Notes: a model not told the origin generated them from the sequence alone. DNA of 32,000 bases from Candidatus Saccharimonadota bacterium (GCA_042852035.1 BAAFHK010000001.1:570001-602000); one strand, 5' to 3'; shown: positions 10,447 to 21,515, counted from the stretch's first letter. Program-made: numbers and translations.

Positions 10447-13400
10447 CTAGGCTCATTTCTTGTCTAGCCAATCTTCAAGACCAGAGAGTGAATCAATGGA
10501 AAACTTTGTATCTTTTTCTACTCCATGTATACGTATCCAAATAGGATGGAGTCCCACGGGACTTTTCTCTAAGAAATCTCGAAGGTCGAGAAGATCTTGT
10601 TTTGTCCAGAATGCTGGTATATCAATATAGTATTTTCCTGGGGCTGGCTCATTCTTCGAGAAAGAATCATCTTCCACTAGATGAGAAGATTTTTGATTAC
10701 TTATAAGCATTCAACTATTGTTTGCCATATCTCGAAATACTGATATAGAGAAACATTTTACGCTTCAAGCCTCATCAAGCATTTTTTTTCTTCCAAATGG
10801 AGCGGAGGGAAATATTGATAATTCTCCTCTTTCATGATCAAATTTTACACGACCATTAACAACCACGATTGTATCTTCTGTTATTTTTGATTCATACATA
10901 TCATAATCTTTTGGGAAAATTACAATACGAAAATCAAAGCCAACGCTTTCAACATTAGCAGAAAGCATCATGCCTCAATTTCTTGTCTGTATTTTACGAA
11001 CCTCAGTAACAATTCCCATAAGTTGAGCAAAAATTGATTCCTCTTTTTGTTCTTGAGGAGGAAGATTAGATTCCTCAACTATACCTTCTTCTTGTTTGTC
11101 GCTCTCAATATTGGTCTGAGGAGGATTAATTTTTGGCTGAAGAGATTCAGGGACGTCTTCATCAAGAGTGACATCTCCTATAATATCCTCATCTCCAAGT
11201 TTCCGAGACTGAAGTAACTCAAGAACCATGGAAAGATTCTTAGATTTTGCTTTTATATAGGATTCTATACCCTCGAGTGGATGACCTGATACGGGGTATC
11301 CAATCATTGCTTTCTCTCCTTTTATACGATCTTCAAGTCACATAGGAAGAGTTTTTTCTAAATCGAAGTGACTTACTTCATTCGCATCTCCCATATCAAA
11401 AAGTCAAAGTTGAGAAGTTTCGCGTTTAGACTCAATTTCCTTCTGGAATGCTCCCATTTTCGGAATGGAGGCAAGAAGGGAAGCTCGCTCACCGAAAGAA
11501 TCAAGAGCTCAAGAGAGTATCAAAGATTCAAGCGCTCTTTTATTTATAACATCACCTCATGTGCGCTCTATAAAATCGAATATACTGAGAAATACTCATT
11601 TTTCTCTTTCGTTTAGAATTATATCTATAGGACCATCCCCGAGCCCCTTAATTGCCTTAAGTCCAAAACGAATAGTTTGATTATCAATGTAAGTAAAATG
11701 TTTTTTTGATTCATTTACATCAGGGGGAAGTATTTTAATATTTTTCTCTCGAGCTTCTGTTATTTCGAGTCGTATACGATCCGTATCTTCCTCATCACTC
11801 GTCATCATCGCTGTCATAAATTCTGTGGGAAAGTATGCCTTCATATATGCTGTTTGATATGCTATCATAGCATAGCATGCCGCATGCGATTTATTAAAAC
11901 CATATCAAGCAAATGGCTCAATAATTTCATCAAATATATATATCGCAAGTTCTTCTTTATTTCAGCACTGGACTGCTGCCTCGATGAATTTTCCACGTTG
12001 TTCCATAAGGAGTTCATATTTTTTCTTCCCTATGGCACGCCTGAGAATATCAGCCTCTCAAAGCGAAAATCATGCAAATGCCTGAACAAGCTGCATAATC
12101 TGTTCCTGATAGACAGCAATACCATATGTCGGCTTAAGTATTTCTTCAAGTGATGGATGTGGATAGTCTACTTTCTTTCTTCCAAATTTTCGATCAATAA
12201 AATCTGGGATATATCACATTGGCCCAGGACGATAAAGAGAAACCATAGCAATAAGGTCTTCGAATGATGAAGGCTTAAGTTCCTTCAAGTATCGCCTCAT
12301 TCAGTCAGATTCAAATTGAAACACTCATGTCATATCTCAGAGAGAGAAGAGATTGAGAACATGAGAATCTTCATAGTCGATTTTTAGAAGATCTATTTCT
12401 TTTGCATGAATCCGTTCTACTATTTTTTTTGCTCGATCAAGGATAGCGAGATTCCTAAGTCAAAGAAAGTCCATCTTAAGGAGACCGAGCGATTCAAGTG
12501 GACCGGCTGAGAATTGTGTTACTATAGAATTTGGATCTTTTGGTGGTGGCTGGAGTGGACAAAAATGGGTCATTGGCTCTGGAGCAATAATTACTGCACA
12601 AGCATGTACACCAAGCTGTCTTACGGATCATTCCATTTTTAAGGCAGTATCTACAATTTTTTTATACTTCTCATCATTATCGTATGCAGCCTTAAACTCT
12701 ACAGCTTCTTCTAGGGCTTGCGAAAGAGTAGTGCCGGGTCTTCCTGGGATAAGTTTTGCAAACTCATTCATTTCCTGAAATGGTATCCCAAATGCTCGAC
12801 CCGCATCCTTAATAGCGGCACGTGCGGCAAGCGTACCAAAAGTACACACCTGCGCAACATGATCATTTCAATATTTTTCTCGAACATACACGAGAACCTT
12901 ATCTCTTCATTCATCAGAAAAATCAACATCGATATCTGGCATGGTTACGCGAGAAGGATTCAAAAATCTCTCAAACAGTAAGCCATAACGAAGTGGATCA
13001 ATATCAGTAATTCAAGAAAGGTACGCAAGAATTGCTCAAGCAGCCGAACCTCGTCAAGGTCAGACAGGTACTCCATTATTTTTTCAGAATTTTATGAAAT
13101 CAGCAACAATACAAAAATAACCATTAAATCCCATTAAATCTACCACAAGCAGCTCGTATTCCAATCGAGATATAATTGATTTTTGTTTATCGCTTAATTT
13201 CGCAATAATCAATTTTTTCTCTTCAGGATAATGACTTCGTGAAAGTTCCTGAAGTTCTTCGATAATCATTTCTGAAAGCTTTTTTTCTGGTTTTTTTACT
13301 GCAAGCTTTGAAACCATTACATCATGATCTTCTTTACTTAAAACAATATCATAACGATATTCAAGTCCACCTATACAGAGTTTTCTTAAAAACCATTCTT

Positions 13401-14364
13401 CCTCAGAAAGGTTCTGAAGAACTATTCATCAGGAAATATTCTGCCTCTCATTATTTTGAATAAATTCCTTATACTCTTCTTCTTGCTCGTCTGTAAGAGG
13501 AAATTTTGGTATCTTATATCATCATACATCAAGTTCCAGTTCAATCATTGAGGCAATTTTTGCTGTATTTTCATATGCTTTCGGCGCATAGATAAAAAGT
13601 TCTTCCATCTCTCGTGAGGAACGGATGGAATAATCTCCATTCATCAAAGTATTTCTATCTGGATCATCAAGAGATCGACCATCGGAAACACTCATCATTA
13701 TATCCTGAACACTTGCATCCTCAGGCGAAACATAGTATGAATTATTTGTTCCCACAAATTCATAATCGTATTTCTTAGCAAGTTTTACGATTGTATCATT
13801 GATATGTGGCTGGAGTGATTTGTCTGGGTGCTCTTCTATCTCAAGATAATAGTTATCTTTCCCAAAGAGGGAAATGTAGTAATCTATTCGTTTACAAATT
13901 TCTTTCTCCTCTTTTCCTGTTGATATCATTTGCGCAATCTCACCATACATAGAACCTGAAAGTGCAATAAGATTTTCATGATACTTCTCTAAAAGATCAA
14001 AATCTATTCTTGGTCTCCCAGAAACATATCATTCTATTTGGGAGAGAGTTACCAAATCTATAAGGTTTTTATATCAATCGCGATTTTTTGCAAGAAGAAC
14101 AATTTCAAAAAGCTCATTATCCTTATCTCTATTTGCTCTTCATTTTTTTGAAAGAAGAAATTCAACTCAGAGAATTGGCTTGATTCAAACATCTCGACAC
14201 GCCATATAAAATTCAAAAGCCCCATACATATTTCAGGTGTCCGTAAGGGCAATCGCAGTTTGTCCAAGTTCTTTTGCCTTTTTTGCAATTGCCTCAGGAG
14301 TGCCAAGTGCTCTTTGGAAAGTGTAGTGAGAGTGCGTATGAAGATGGACAAAATTCATATTCAT
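10447..14364 (-). CDS. dnaE: DNA polymerase III alpha subunit
   Basis: Seven track ORFs (10453..10710, 10765..10971, 10975..11307, 11596..11868, 12628..12849, 13084..13317, 13522..13950) share one frame. I checked the gaps between them codon by codon and found only TGA. The N-terminal PHP domain reads [52 protein letters not shown] (the G is TGA at 14233-14235), with GIKPILGVE and NRDGYKNL. The terminal TGA at 10453 is read through to TAG at 10447-10449. Confidence 0.95.
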
Positions 14365-14384
14365 CGAGGATTATAGAGAAAAAA

Positions 14385-15473
14385 TTATGAATTACAAAAT
14401 TCAGTTTCTGAGTAAAGATCTTCAACAACAACATCAGATGCTGGTTGATTCAGACTTCAGGTACAACAAGGCATAATATGTCAGTATATTGGAAACGGAA
14501 TAATATTGCCTCAGTCAAACCCATTTCACTCTGCCACTCATCTAACGTGAAGAACCCGTATATCAATACCCGAACGAATAAGAGCGCTAACCGTTGTATA
14601 TTCTGGTACAGGATAGGACTCAACTATCCAAATATATCTTCTTCACAACTGAAAACATCAGTCATGATAGTCCTTCTTTAGGCTATCTCAATTGGTACAA
14701 TCAAGAATAACCGAAGCATGTTCAAGTATCTTTTTGGTGTCTCAGCATGTATCTTTCTTTATATCAAAACCTTGAATATTTCATGAGAAACTGTGAACTA
14801 TCTGCCTTCCCAGTGCCCCATGTGATCAAAGCACCAGGAGGCTCTCTTTTGTGAAATTATACTCCTCTAAAACTCTTTTTGTAGCCTCAGCAACAAAACG
14901 AGCAGAGTTTCTATTTGTAGCCTCAGCCATATCTATTAATTCTTGGTATTCTTCTCAAAGTCAGGCAACTCACCACTCAATAATCTTCCCTGGCAATACA
15001 CCAACGAATGCAAGTGGATCCATATTTCTTCTCTCTTCATCAGAGAGGAGATCTTCTATCATCTTATAGAGATGATAAGCACCTTTAATATACGCCCTAT
15101 TCTTCTGTCGCAGAATATGAAAAATATCTTTTCTCATAAAAAGTATAATCTTAAAACACCCATCATAAGCTCTCGATAGTCAGTAGAATCAAGGAGAGTA
15201 GGTATCCACAACTCCTCATTGTACTGAGTCAACATCACATCAACTATCTGAAAAATACTGTCCTGACCGAGTAAATCCAGGCGGAACCTCATATGCTACA
15301 ACTATCTGTTTTATTCGCAGTCAATACTTCTGAAGTAATTTTAGAAGATTTGGAACATCAAATGGAGTTGAAAGTCTATTTACGGCAACAGAATTTACAT
15401 AAAGGAATTCTTTTATTTCATTTGGCAATTGTGAAGCTTCAATATAATTTCTTGCATGGATTATTTTATGCAT
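14385..15473 (-). CDS. Rossmann-fold NAD(P)-binding dehydrogenase-like protein (shikimate-DH/acyl-ACP-reductase-like architecture), function uncertain
   Basis: A 362-codon frame free of TAA/TAG (checked line by line) but full of TGA, so it is invisible in the ORF track. LLVLGSHGALGRQIV is a GxGxxG-like dinucleotide loop preceded by NSARFVAEATKRVLEEY. Stop is TAA at 14385-14387, 20 nt upstream of the dnaE start. Confidence 0.5.
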
Positions 15474-15510
15474 TCGAAGAGCCTAAGTGAAAAATCCTAG
15501 AAACCAAATT

Positions 15511-15539
15511 TTGAAGTATTCACAGAATAAAAATAATAT
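15511..15539 (+). promoter_or_regulatory. Candidate sigma-70-type promoter for the histidine kinase operon
   Basis: TTGAAG (15511-15516), a 17 nt spacer, then TAATAT (15534-15539), in the divergent intergenic region. By-eye match only. Confidence 0.35.
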
Positions 15540-15604
15540 GAGAAAGATGGAATAAAAGCACTTCATTTCTTGCACAGATAAAGAAACTATGATATCCTAA
15601 AAGC

Positions 15605-17707
15605 ATGTCATTTTTTGCACTCTCTGGAATCTTGCTTTCAATCACTAGCGTCATTATGGCAATGATAATGCTTGTTTGAGAGAGCAAAAAAACAAATATT
15701 CTCTGGGCAGCCGTTTGTGCCTCCATGACATTTCTCTGAGTAAGCATGTTCATGATTGGAACCACAAAAAATCCCACCGAAGCACTGATATGGTGGAGGG
15801 TTGCATATGTATGAGTCTTAACTGTTCCAGTATTGGTAATACATACCGTACTGAGCGTACTAAAAAAGGATGTTGGAAGAAATCTCTTTTTTCTATATAT
15901 CCTCTATATTTTAACATTTGCCTTTCAGATAATAAACGCTAGTGGGCATCTTATTCTTGATACAACTCTCGTCTTTAAGGAATTTTACTACGACATGCCG
16001 ATGACGACGGCATTTGGCATATTTTTCCTTTATTTTAATCTGACATTTACCTATATATTCATCATTCTATTTCGTCAGTACTTCATTGAAAGAGAAAAAA
16101 ATTATAACCTTGCAACACAGATCTGGTATCTCGGTGTAGGTATAGGATTTTGAGCTGTTGGTGGGTATTCACTTTATCTTCCCATATTTGGGATTATGCT
16201 TTATCCATATGCAAGTATCTTAATGATGTTTTATCCAATTATTATTGGATACGCCATCCTTCATCATCATCTTTTTGATGCGCGCTATGCAATCATGAGA
16301 GTGCTTCGAGTAATATTTATCTTATCTCTCACATGAGGGTTTGCCTATTTACTTACAAAACTCTACGAATATAGTTTTGAGAAGGTTTTTAATTTTCGAT
16401 TTATTGAATTTCTTCTCCTGTTCCTTACGTTTCTTTTTGGAAATGTTCTTATCCGATCAAGGAGAATATCAAGCTATTTTCTTTTATCGTCTCTTCAGGA
16501 GCTAGAGAGGGAAGTATCGATATTTCTTGCCCAAAAGTGAGTCTATAAAAACACTCTGGAACTTCTCAGAGATTTAGAGCCTTTCTTTGAAAGAGGTCTT
16601 AAAATCAATAGAGTTTCTATTCTCCAATCTTCAATTGCGCGAAAATATAAGCATACCTCAAAATACTTCCATACCTATAGAAGACCCTTAATTCTTTCAG
16701 AACTTGAGAATGAGCATATTGAATGAGGAACTCGAGAGCTTGTAGATGAGGTCAGAGAGATGTGACGCATGATTTTTCCTATAGAAATATGAAGTAAAAG
16801 CGATCTTCTATTTCTCGTTATCGGACCAAAACTTACAGGACAAAAAATAACTGAAAGTGAAGTGATGATGATTCTTCGAATTCTCCCAAAGATAGCTATG
16901 GCGCTTCAGATTCTGAAGTTCAATCAGTCACTTCAAGCTGAAGTAAAAAGAAAGACTCATTCTCTTGATGAAAAAAACAAGGAGCTCAAAGATGCCTATG
17001 AAAAATTAAAAGAAATCGACAACAATAAAGATAACTTTCTTGCGATTGCTTCGCATGAATTACGGACACCGATGACGATTATTAAGGGTTATGCTGATCT
17101 ATTTCTTCAAAATACCCTCGGACCAATGACCGAAAATCAAAGTCGGTACATGGAAAAAATTTTTGAGAATACTGAAGGACTCATAGAGCTCGTAAACAAC
17201 ATCCTTGATATTTCTAAGATTGAAGCCTGAAGAATGGAAATTTCCTTAGGAGATATGAAAGTTCAAGAAGTTATCAACTCTGCCCTCGAATGATTCCAAA
17301 AGCTTTGTGAAGAAAAATGAATTACACTAAAATTAAATAATGAGCTTACCGTAGATATTATTCATTCTGATGAACAGAAATTTCGTCTCATTATTACCAA
17401 TCTTCTATCCAATGCCTATAAATTTACCCAATCAGGGGGATTTATCACTGTAGTTGTCTCAAATACAAAGAAGCAAATTCAAATATCGATTACAGATAGT
17501 TGAATGTGAATTTCTGAAGATAGACTTCCATTCATTTTTGAAAAATTTAATCAGTCGGAGAATGTTGACTACACAAAAAAAAGCATAAAATGAACCTGAC
17601 TTGGCCTCAATCTCTCAAAACAAGTAGTTGAAATGCTCTGATGAACCATAGAAGTAAAATCCACAATGTGAATTTGAAGCACCTTTACTTTTTATCTTCC
17701 ACTCTAG
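15605..17707 (+). CDS. Sensor histidine kinase with an N-terminal multi-pass (7TM-like) membrane sensor domain
   Basis: The plus frame is open from ATG 15605 to TAG at 17705-17707 with only TGA interruptions (checked). The N-terminal about 300 aa is a series of hydrophobic helices (MSFFALSGILLSITSVIMAMIMLVG..., IWWRVAYVGVLTVPVLVIHTVL...). The H-box is FLAIASHELRTPMT and the N-box is LLSNAYKFT. The G1 box is ITDSGMGI (TGAs at 17501-17503 and 17507-17509). The G2 box is KGTGLGLNLSK (TGAs at 17591-17593 and 17597-17599). Confidence 0.85.
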
Positions 17708-17708
17708 T

Positions 17709-18446
17709 ATGATTTCCAAAGGCTCAAACTGCTTAATCTATACTCTTGATGCAGATCTCATAGGAAAGCTCATTATGAATGGGCATTCCCTACACTATGT
17801 TTCAGATATTGAAAATCTTCTCAAAGAAATAAAAGAACAAAATCCTGATTTAATTATTTTGGATCTTATAAGGAGTGTGGATCTAAGTGCAATAAACTCA
17901 CTCATGCATGTAAATAATCATGTAATTATACGATGAGAAGTTGATCTTAGCAGTATTGAGGTTGAAGTAATGAAGAATATCGTCCTCCTTCCAAGTTGAA
18001 TTTCAAATGATTCGATTCTTGAAAGGGTAACGCACTTTTATGAATATGAAAGCATTGCTGCTGAGAAGCCAGTTAAGGTACTTATAATAGAAGATAATAT
18101 CGATATTATCGAAATGTATGAGCTTGCGCTTCAAAGTAAATGATATGAAGTTACTCGAGCACTCGATGGACTGACGTGAGTTACGAAGGCTGTAACTCTT
18201 CGTCCAGATGTAATTATACTTGATATAATGATGCCAAATATGGATGGTTTTGAAGTTTTGCAGGCACTTAGAAATAACACCTCACTCCGATCTCTCATTA
18301 TTACCAATAGCAATCTTGAATGAGTGAATGAAGAGAAGAAAGTAAAAGAACTTGGTTCTGATTATTTCTTAAGAAAATCTGAATACACCCCCCTTGATGT
18401 AGTCTGATTCATAGAAACAATCCTTCAAAGCCGCCACGCAAGTTAA
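17709..18446 (+). CDS. Response regulator with a degenerate N-terminal receiver-like domain plus a canonical receiver domain and no recognisable output domain
   Basis: The ATG lies 1 nt after the kinase stop. The C-terminal half reads KVLIIEDNIDIIEMYELALQSKGYEVTRALDGLTGVTKAVTLRPDVIILDIMMPNMDGFEVLQALR...FLRKSEY (acidic pocket, phospho-Asp, conserved Lys). The N-terminal half (CLIYTLDADLIG...PDLIILDLI) looks like a second, degenerate receiver. Stop is TAA at 18444-18446. No HTH or enzymatic domain follows. Confidence 0.8.
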
Positions 18447-18471
18447 AAACCCCTAAAATAGGGGGTTTTTT
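18445..18471 (+). terminator. Rho-independent terminator after the two-component operon
   Basis: AAAAACCCC / loop TAAAATAG / GGGGTTTTT followed by T. An A-tract upstream and a T-tract downstream could make it bidirectional. Confidence 0.6.
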
Positions 18472-18477
18472 AAAAAT

Positions 18478-18506
18478 TTGCATATATAAAAAAAATGTGC
18501 TACTCT
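18478..18506 (+). promoter_or_regulatory. Candidate promoter for the 18533 gene
   Basis: TTGCAT (18478-18483), a 17 nt spacer, then TACTCT (18501-18506). The same TTGCAT -35-like hexamer recurs upstream of ftsK and map. Confidence 0.3.
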
Positions 18507-18532
18507 TGAGACATATTCTTAACTTTCACTCT

Positions 18533-19621
18533 ATGTGACTCTTCGATGATATACTCAAAAAACCAAATTCTCCTACAGGACAACAAGTAAATCCTCCAAC
18601 TGACCCACTAATGAGCTCAGCTCCCATGTGAGGACAGCAATGAAGTACACAATCAGGTGCACAATGAGGATCGTGAACTAGCACAACCCCAACCATCATT
18701 AAAACAACAGCAAGCACTGTTTTTTGACCAAGCAATGAAACAGAAATGACGCCATTTCAAAATAGCTCCCCTAAGGTACATGCCGAAGAAGATTCAAGCT
18801 CAGTAATTGTATCATCTATCCAACAAGGAATTGCACCTACTACTCCAATTGCTCCAATTGCTCCAATTCAGGAACCGATGATTGTAACGCCTCTTGTAGA
18901 ACCAGCTACAAACCAAGTCCAATCTCCGTCACTTATTCCTGAAGGAAATTCGACACCAGAGCCTACTCTAATTCAACAAGAGCCGGAAGTTTCGAGCCAA
19001 AAATCTTCAAGCCCAGATAGCCCTCAACCTTCAGATGCACTTAATATTCCACAGGGTCCAAGCCTCTTTGATCATATAATGAGTGATGATGAACCAAAAG
19101 TACCCGCAGAATCACCTGTCGTTGCACCAGCCGCATTTAATTTTGAAGCTCCAAATCCCTTAGTAAAATCATCTTCAGAGGAACTACCCGAAGATATCGA
19201 AGCTCCAGTTTCAGTTAAAAAACCCCTATCAAGCTCATCTATGACATCCCAAGCTCACTATTCAACTCCTCGTGAATTCATCGAAAAATCACTAGAAAAT
19301 ATTGAAGCGATGCTCGAAACAATAGATAAGCGTCATAACTCAAAAATGACCGAAGCTGAATGATATCGCATGGAAAAAATGCGTTTCGCAGAACTTGAAA
19401 AAAATGCTTATGCAGAAGCTGAAATCATGGATCGAGAAAGAGATCATACGCTCAGAATGAAGACAATTTTTGAAAAAGAACTTGATACCGACGAAGCTAA
19501 TCGAACAAGAAAGTCTAGCAGCCATCAAGAAGCTTATACCGAAAAGCACACAGCTCATCCTCATGGCACACATAAGCATAGTTCTCAGGAAACAGAAGAT
19601 AACCTTATTGCTGCTTCATAA
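18533..19621 (+). CDS. Hypothetical protein with a P/S/T/Q/G-rich disordered N-terminal region, a charged coiled-coil-like segment and a His-rich tail
   Basis: Track ORFs 18746..19363 and 19370..19621 are in frame, joined by a TGA. With TGA=Gly the frame also extends upstream to ATG 18533 (MGLFDDILKKPNSPTGQQVNPPTDPLMSSAPMGGQQGSTQSGAQGGSGTS...). The composition there matches the rest of the protein, and the TGAs sit in Gly-rich context. Stop is TAA at 19619-19621. Confidence 0.6.
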
Positions 19622-19640
19622 AACAATCATTCCTCCACAC

Positions 19641-19670
19641 AAAAAGAGACATCATCGTCTCTTTTTTTTC
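19641..19670 (+). terminator. Rho-independent terminator
   Basis: AGAGAC (19645-19650) / loop ATCATC / GTCTCT (19657-19662), followed by a run of seven T. Confidence 0.65.
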
Positions 19671-19708
19671 TTGTGTTTTTATTATTCTTGAGTACTTTAT
19701 AGTTACGT

Positions 19709-19948
19709 ATGCAACTCGTTATCTTTGGTATCTATCTCGTAGTACTATTAGTGATATTTATATATATCGCTATTGTAGTGATGCATATTGGTGATTTTCG
19801 TAAATATTCTAAATATCTTTCAATAGTCCTAAGAATCTATTTAGTGGCAATACTCTGCATTGCTTGCTTCTGAATTTATAAGATACTTACTGGAAAATAT
19901 GTAGCACCAAAACGAAGTGGAACCCAGGTACAGAAAGTTGATTTTTAG
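19709..19948 (+). CDS. Small two-helix membrane protein (79 aa)
   Basis: MQLVIFGIYLVVLLVIFIYIAIVVMHIGDFRKYSKYLSIVLRIYLVAILCIACFGIYKILTGKYVAPKRSGTQVQKVDF. One internal TGA keeps it below the ORF-track cutoff. Stop is TAG at 19946-19948. Confidence 0.45.
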
Positions 19949-19971
19949 ATCCTATTCTTTCGTGATATTTT

Positions 19972-21060
19972 ATGCAAATCTGAATCGTATGACTTCCGAA
20001 TGTCGGAAAATCGACACTCTTTAATGCTCTGACAAAATCGTATGCTGCAGAGGCGGCAAATTTCCCATTTTGTACTATCGAACCGAATGTTGGTATTGTA
20101 AACGTAAATGATGATCGACTTGAGAAAATACGAGTCGTTGTAAATGGGGCTAAAACCATTCCTGCAACAGTAGAGTTTGTTGATATTGCTGGACTTGTCG
20201 AGTGAGCAAGCAAAGGAGAATGACTCGGGAATAAATTCCTCTCACATATAAGAAACGTTGACGCTATCCTTCAGGTTGTCAGGGATTTTAATGACTCAAA
20301 TGTTCATCATGTAAACGGATCGATAGATCCAAAGAGGGATATTGAAGTTATTAATCTTGAGCTCATATTTGCCGATCTCGAAACTCTCGATAAGCGTATT
20401 GGCGATAATTCCAAAAAGGCTCGATCTGGAGACAAAGAAGCAAAATCTCGCGAAGATATCTATAATCGATTAAAATCTCACCTCGAGGAAGGGAAGATTG
20501 CCTCACTTTTGGAAATGACTGACGAAGAAAAGAGTGCCATTGCCGATCTTCATCTTCTTACAAATAAACCATTTATATATGCAGTAAATGTTGCTGAAGA
20601 TAGGGTAAATACTTCTGAATCTGAACTCCGTTCTATTACAGGTATTACTGATAAGAAAATTCCTGTCCTTCCGGTAAGCGCAAAAATTGAGATGGATATG
20701 CTTGAGTTTTCTGACGAAGAGAAAAAAGAATTTCTCTCTGAAATGGGTATTGAGTTTAATCCAATGGATCAGATTATTAGAACGTGTTATGACCTCCTTG
20801 GGCTCCAATATTACTTTACCGCAGGAGAAATAGAAGTAAGAGCTTGGACCATTCATAAAGGCTGGACAGCTCCTGAAGCTGCTGGGGTTATCCATACGGA
20901 CTTTCAGAAGAAATTTATTAAGGCAGATACCGTAAACTGGCAAGATCTCGTAGAAAATGGATGATGGACTGGAGCAAGAGAAAAAGGAAAAGTTCGCATG
21001 GAAGGGAAGGAGTATGTTGTAGCCGATGGAGATGTAATGCTCTTTAAGTTCGGTGCATAA
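19972..21060 (+). CDS. ychF: Ribosome-binding ATPase YchF (Obg-like GTPase family)
   Basis: [21 protein letters not shown] (TGAs at 19981-19983 and 19990-19992 encode the two G), [24 protein letters not shown] (two more TGA glycines), and a C-terminal TGS-like [37 protein letters not shown]. Stop is TAA at 21058-21060. Confidence 0.93.
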
Positions 21061-21106
21061 AATCCTATTCTCAGAAAAGCACTACGCTAGAAGCACAAAT
21101 CAATAA

Positions 21107-21165
21107 AAATCCCTTTCTCATTACGTGGCTTATTAAAATATTTTAGAAAGCCGAGAAGGGGATTT
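21107..21165 (+). terminator. Long imperfect hairpin downstream of ychF (possible terminator or RNA element)
   Basis: AAATCCCTTTCTC (21107-21119) pairs with GAGAAGGGGATTT (21153-21165), with one G-U. An inner GGCTT/AAGCC stem sits in the loop. It is followed by a T-rich tract TCTATTTTCTCTT. Confidence 0.35.
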
Positions 21166-21462
21166 TCTATTTTCTCTTATCTTCATATTGAGAAAATCTT
21201 TGGTCTACTGCACTTTGGTTTGTTTTTGATATAAAGAGAATAACCAGCTCTTATTTTTTTGTTCCACCTTTATGGTGTGAACGGTTTGTATAGTATTTGA
21301 CTTGCGTCTATTCTATTATTTGTATTTGTATTGTGTTGTGGTGTATGAAGTCACCTATTTGTTCGTGAAGTAGACATATACATAGTAGCAGGTCTCTTCT
21401 TCTGAGTCAAGAAAATGATTACACTCATTCTAGGAGACTAAATTTCCTTTATTTAAAGGAAA

Positions 21463-21491
21463 AAGGTGAGTATAAATATTTTACTCACCTT
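21463..21491 (-). terminator. Rho-independent terminator of the 21516..22037 gene
   Basis: A 10 bp stem AAGGTGAGTA / TACTCACCTT with a 9 nt loop. On the minus strand it is followed by TTTTCCTTT and lies 25 nt after the stop. A second AT-rich palindrome TTTCCTTTA-TT-TAAAGGAAA (21443-21462) abuts it. Confidence 0.55.
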
Positions 21492-21515
21492 ATTATAAAT
21501 TTGTCAAAAAAATAA

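Noticed and set aside
14058-14351. 97-aa minus-strand ORF at the 5' end of dnaE
   Set aside because: It is out of frame with dnaE. The correct frame there encodes the PHP-domain signature ([11 protein letters not shown]...TDTGNMYG...GIKPILGVE).
15520-15777. 85-aa minus-strand ORF
   Set aside because: It is antisense to the kinase's N-terminal transmembrane domain, which is continuous with the catalytic core once TGA is read as Gly.
18526-18735. 69-aa Cys/His-rich minus-strand ORF, tempting as a metallopeptide or RiPP precursor
   Set aside because: It starts at TTG. Its TGA stop is a sense codon here, so the frame runs on into the antisense of the response regulator. The opposite strand encodes a compositionally coherent N-terminal extension of the 18746 gene.
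19887-20943. Minus-strand ORFs 19887..20213 and 20503..20943
   Set aside because: Both are antisense shadows of ychF, which has unambiguous P-loop, G-domain and TGS motifs on the plus strand.
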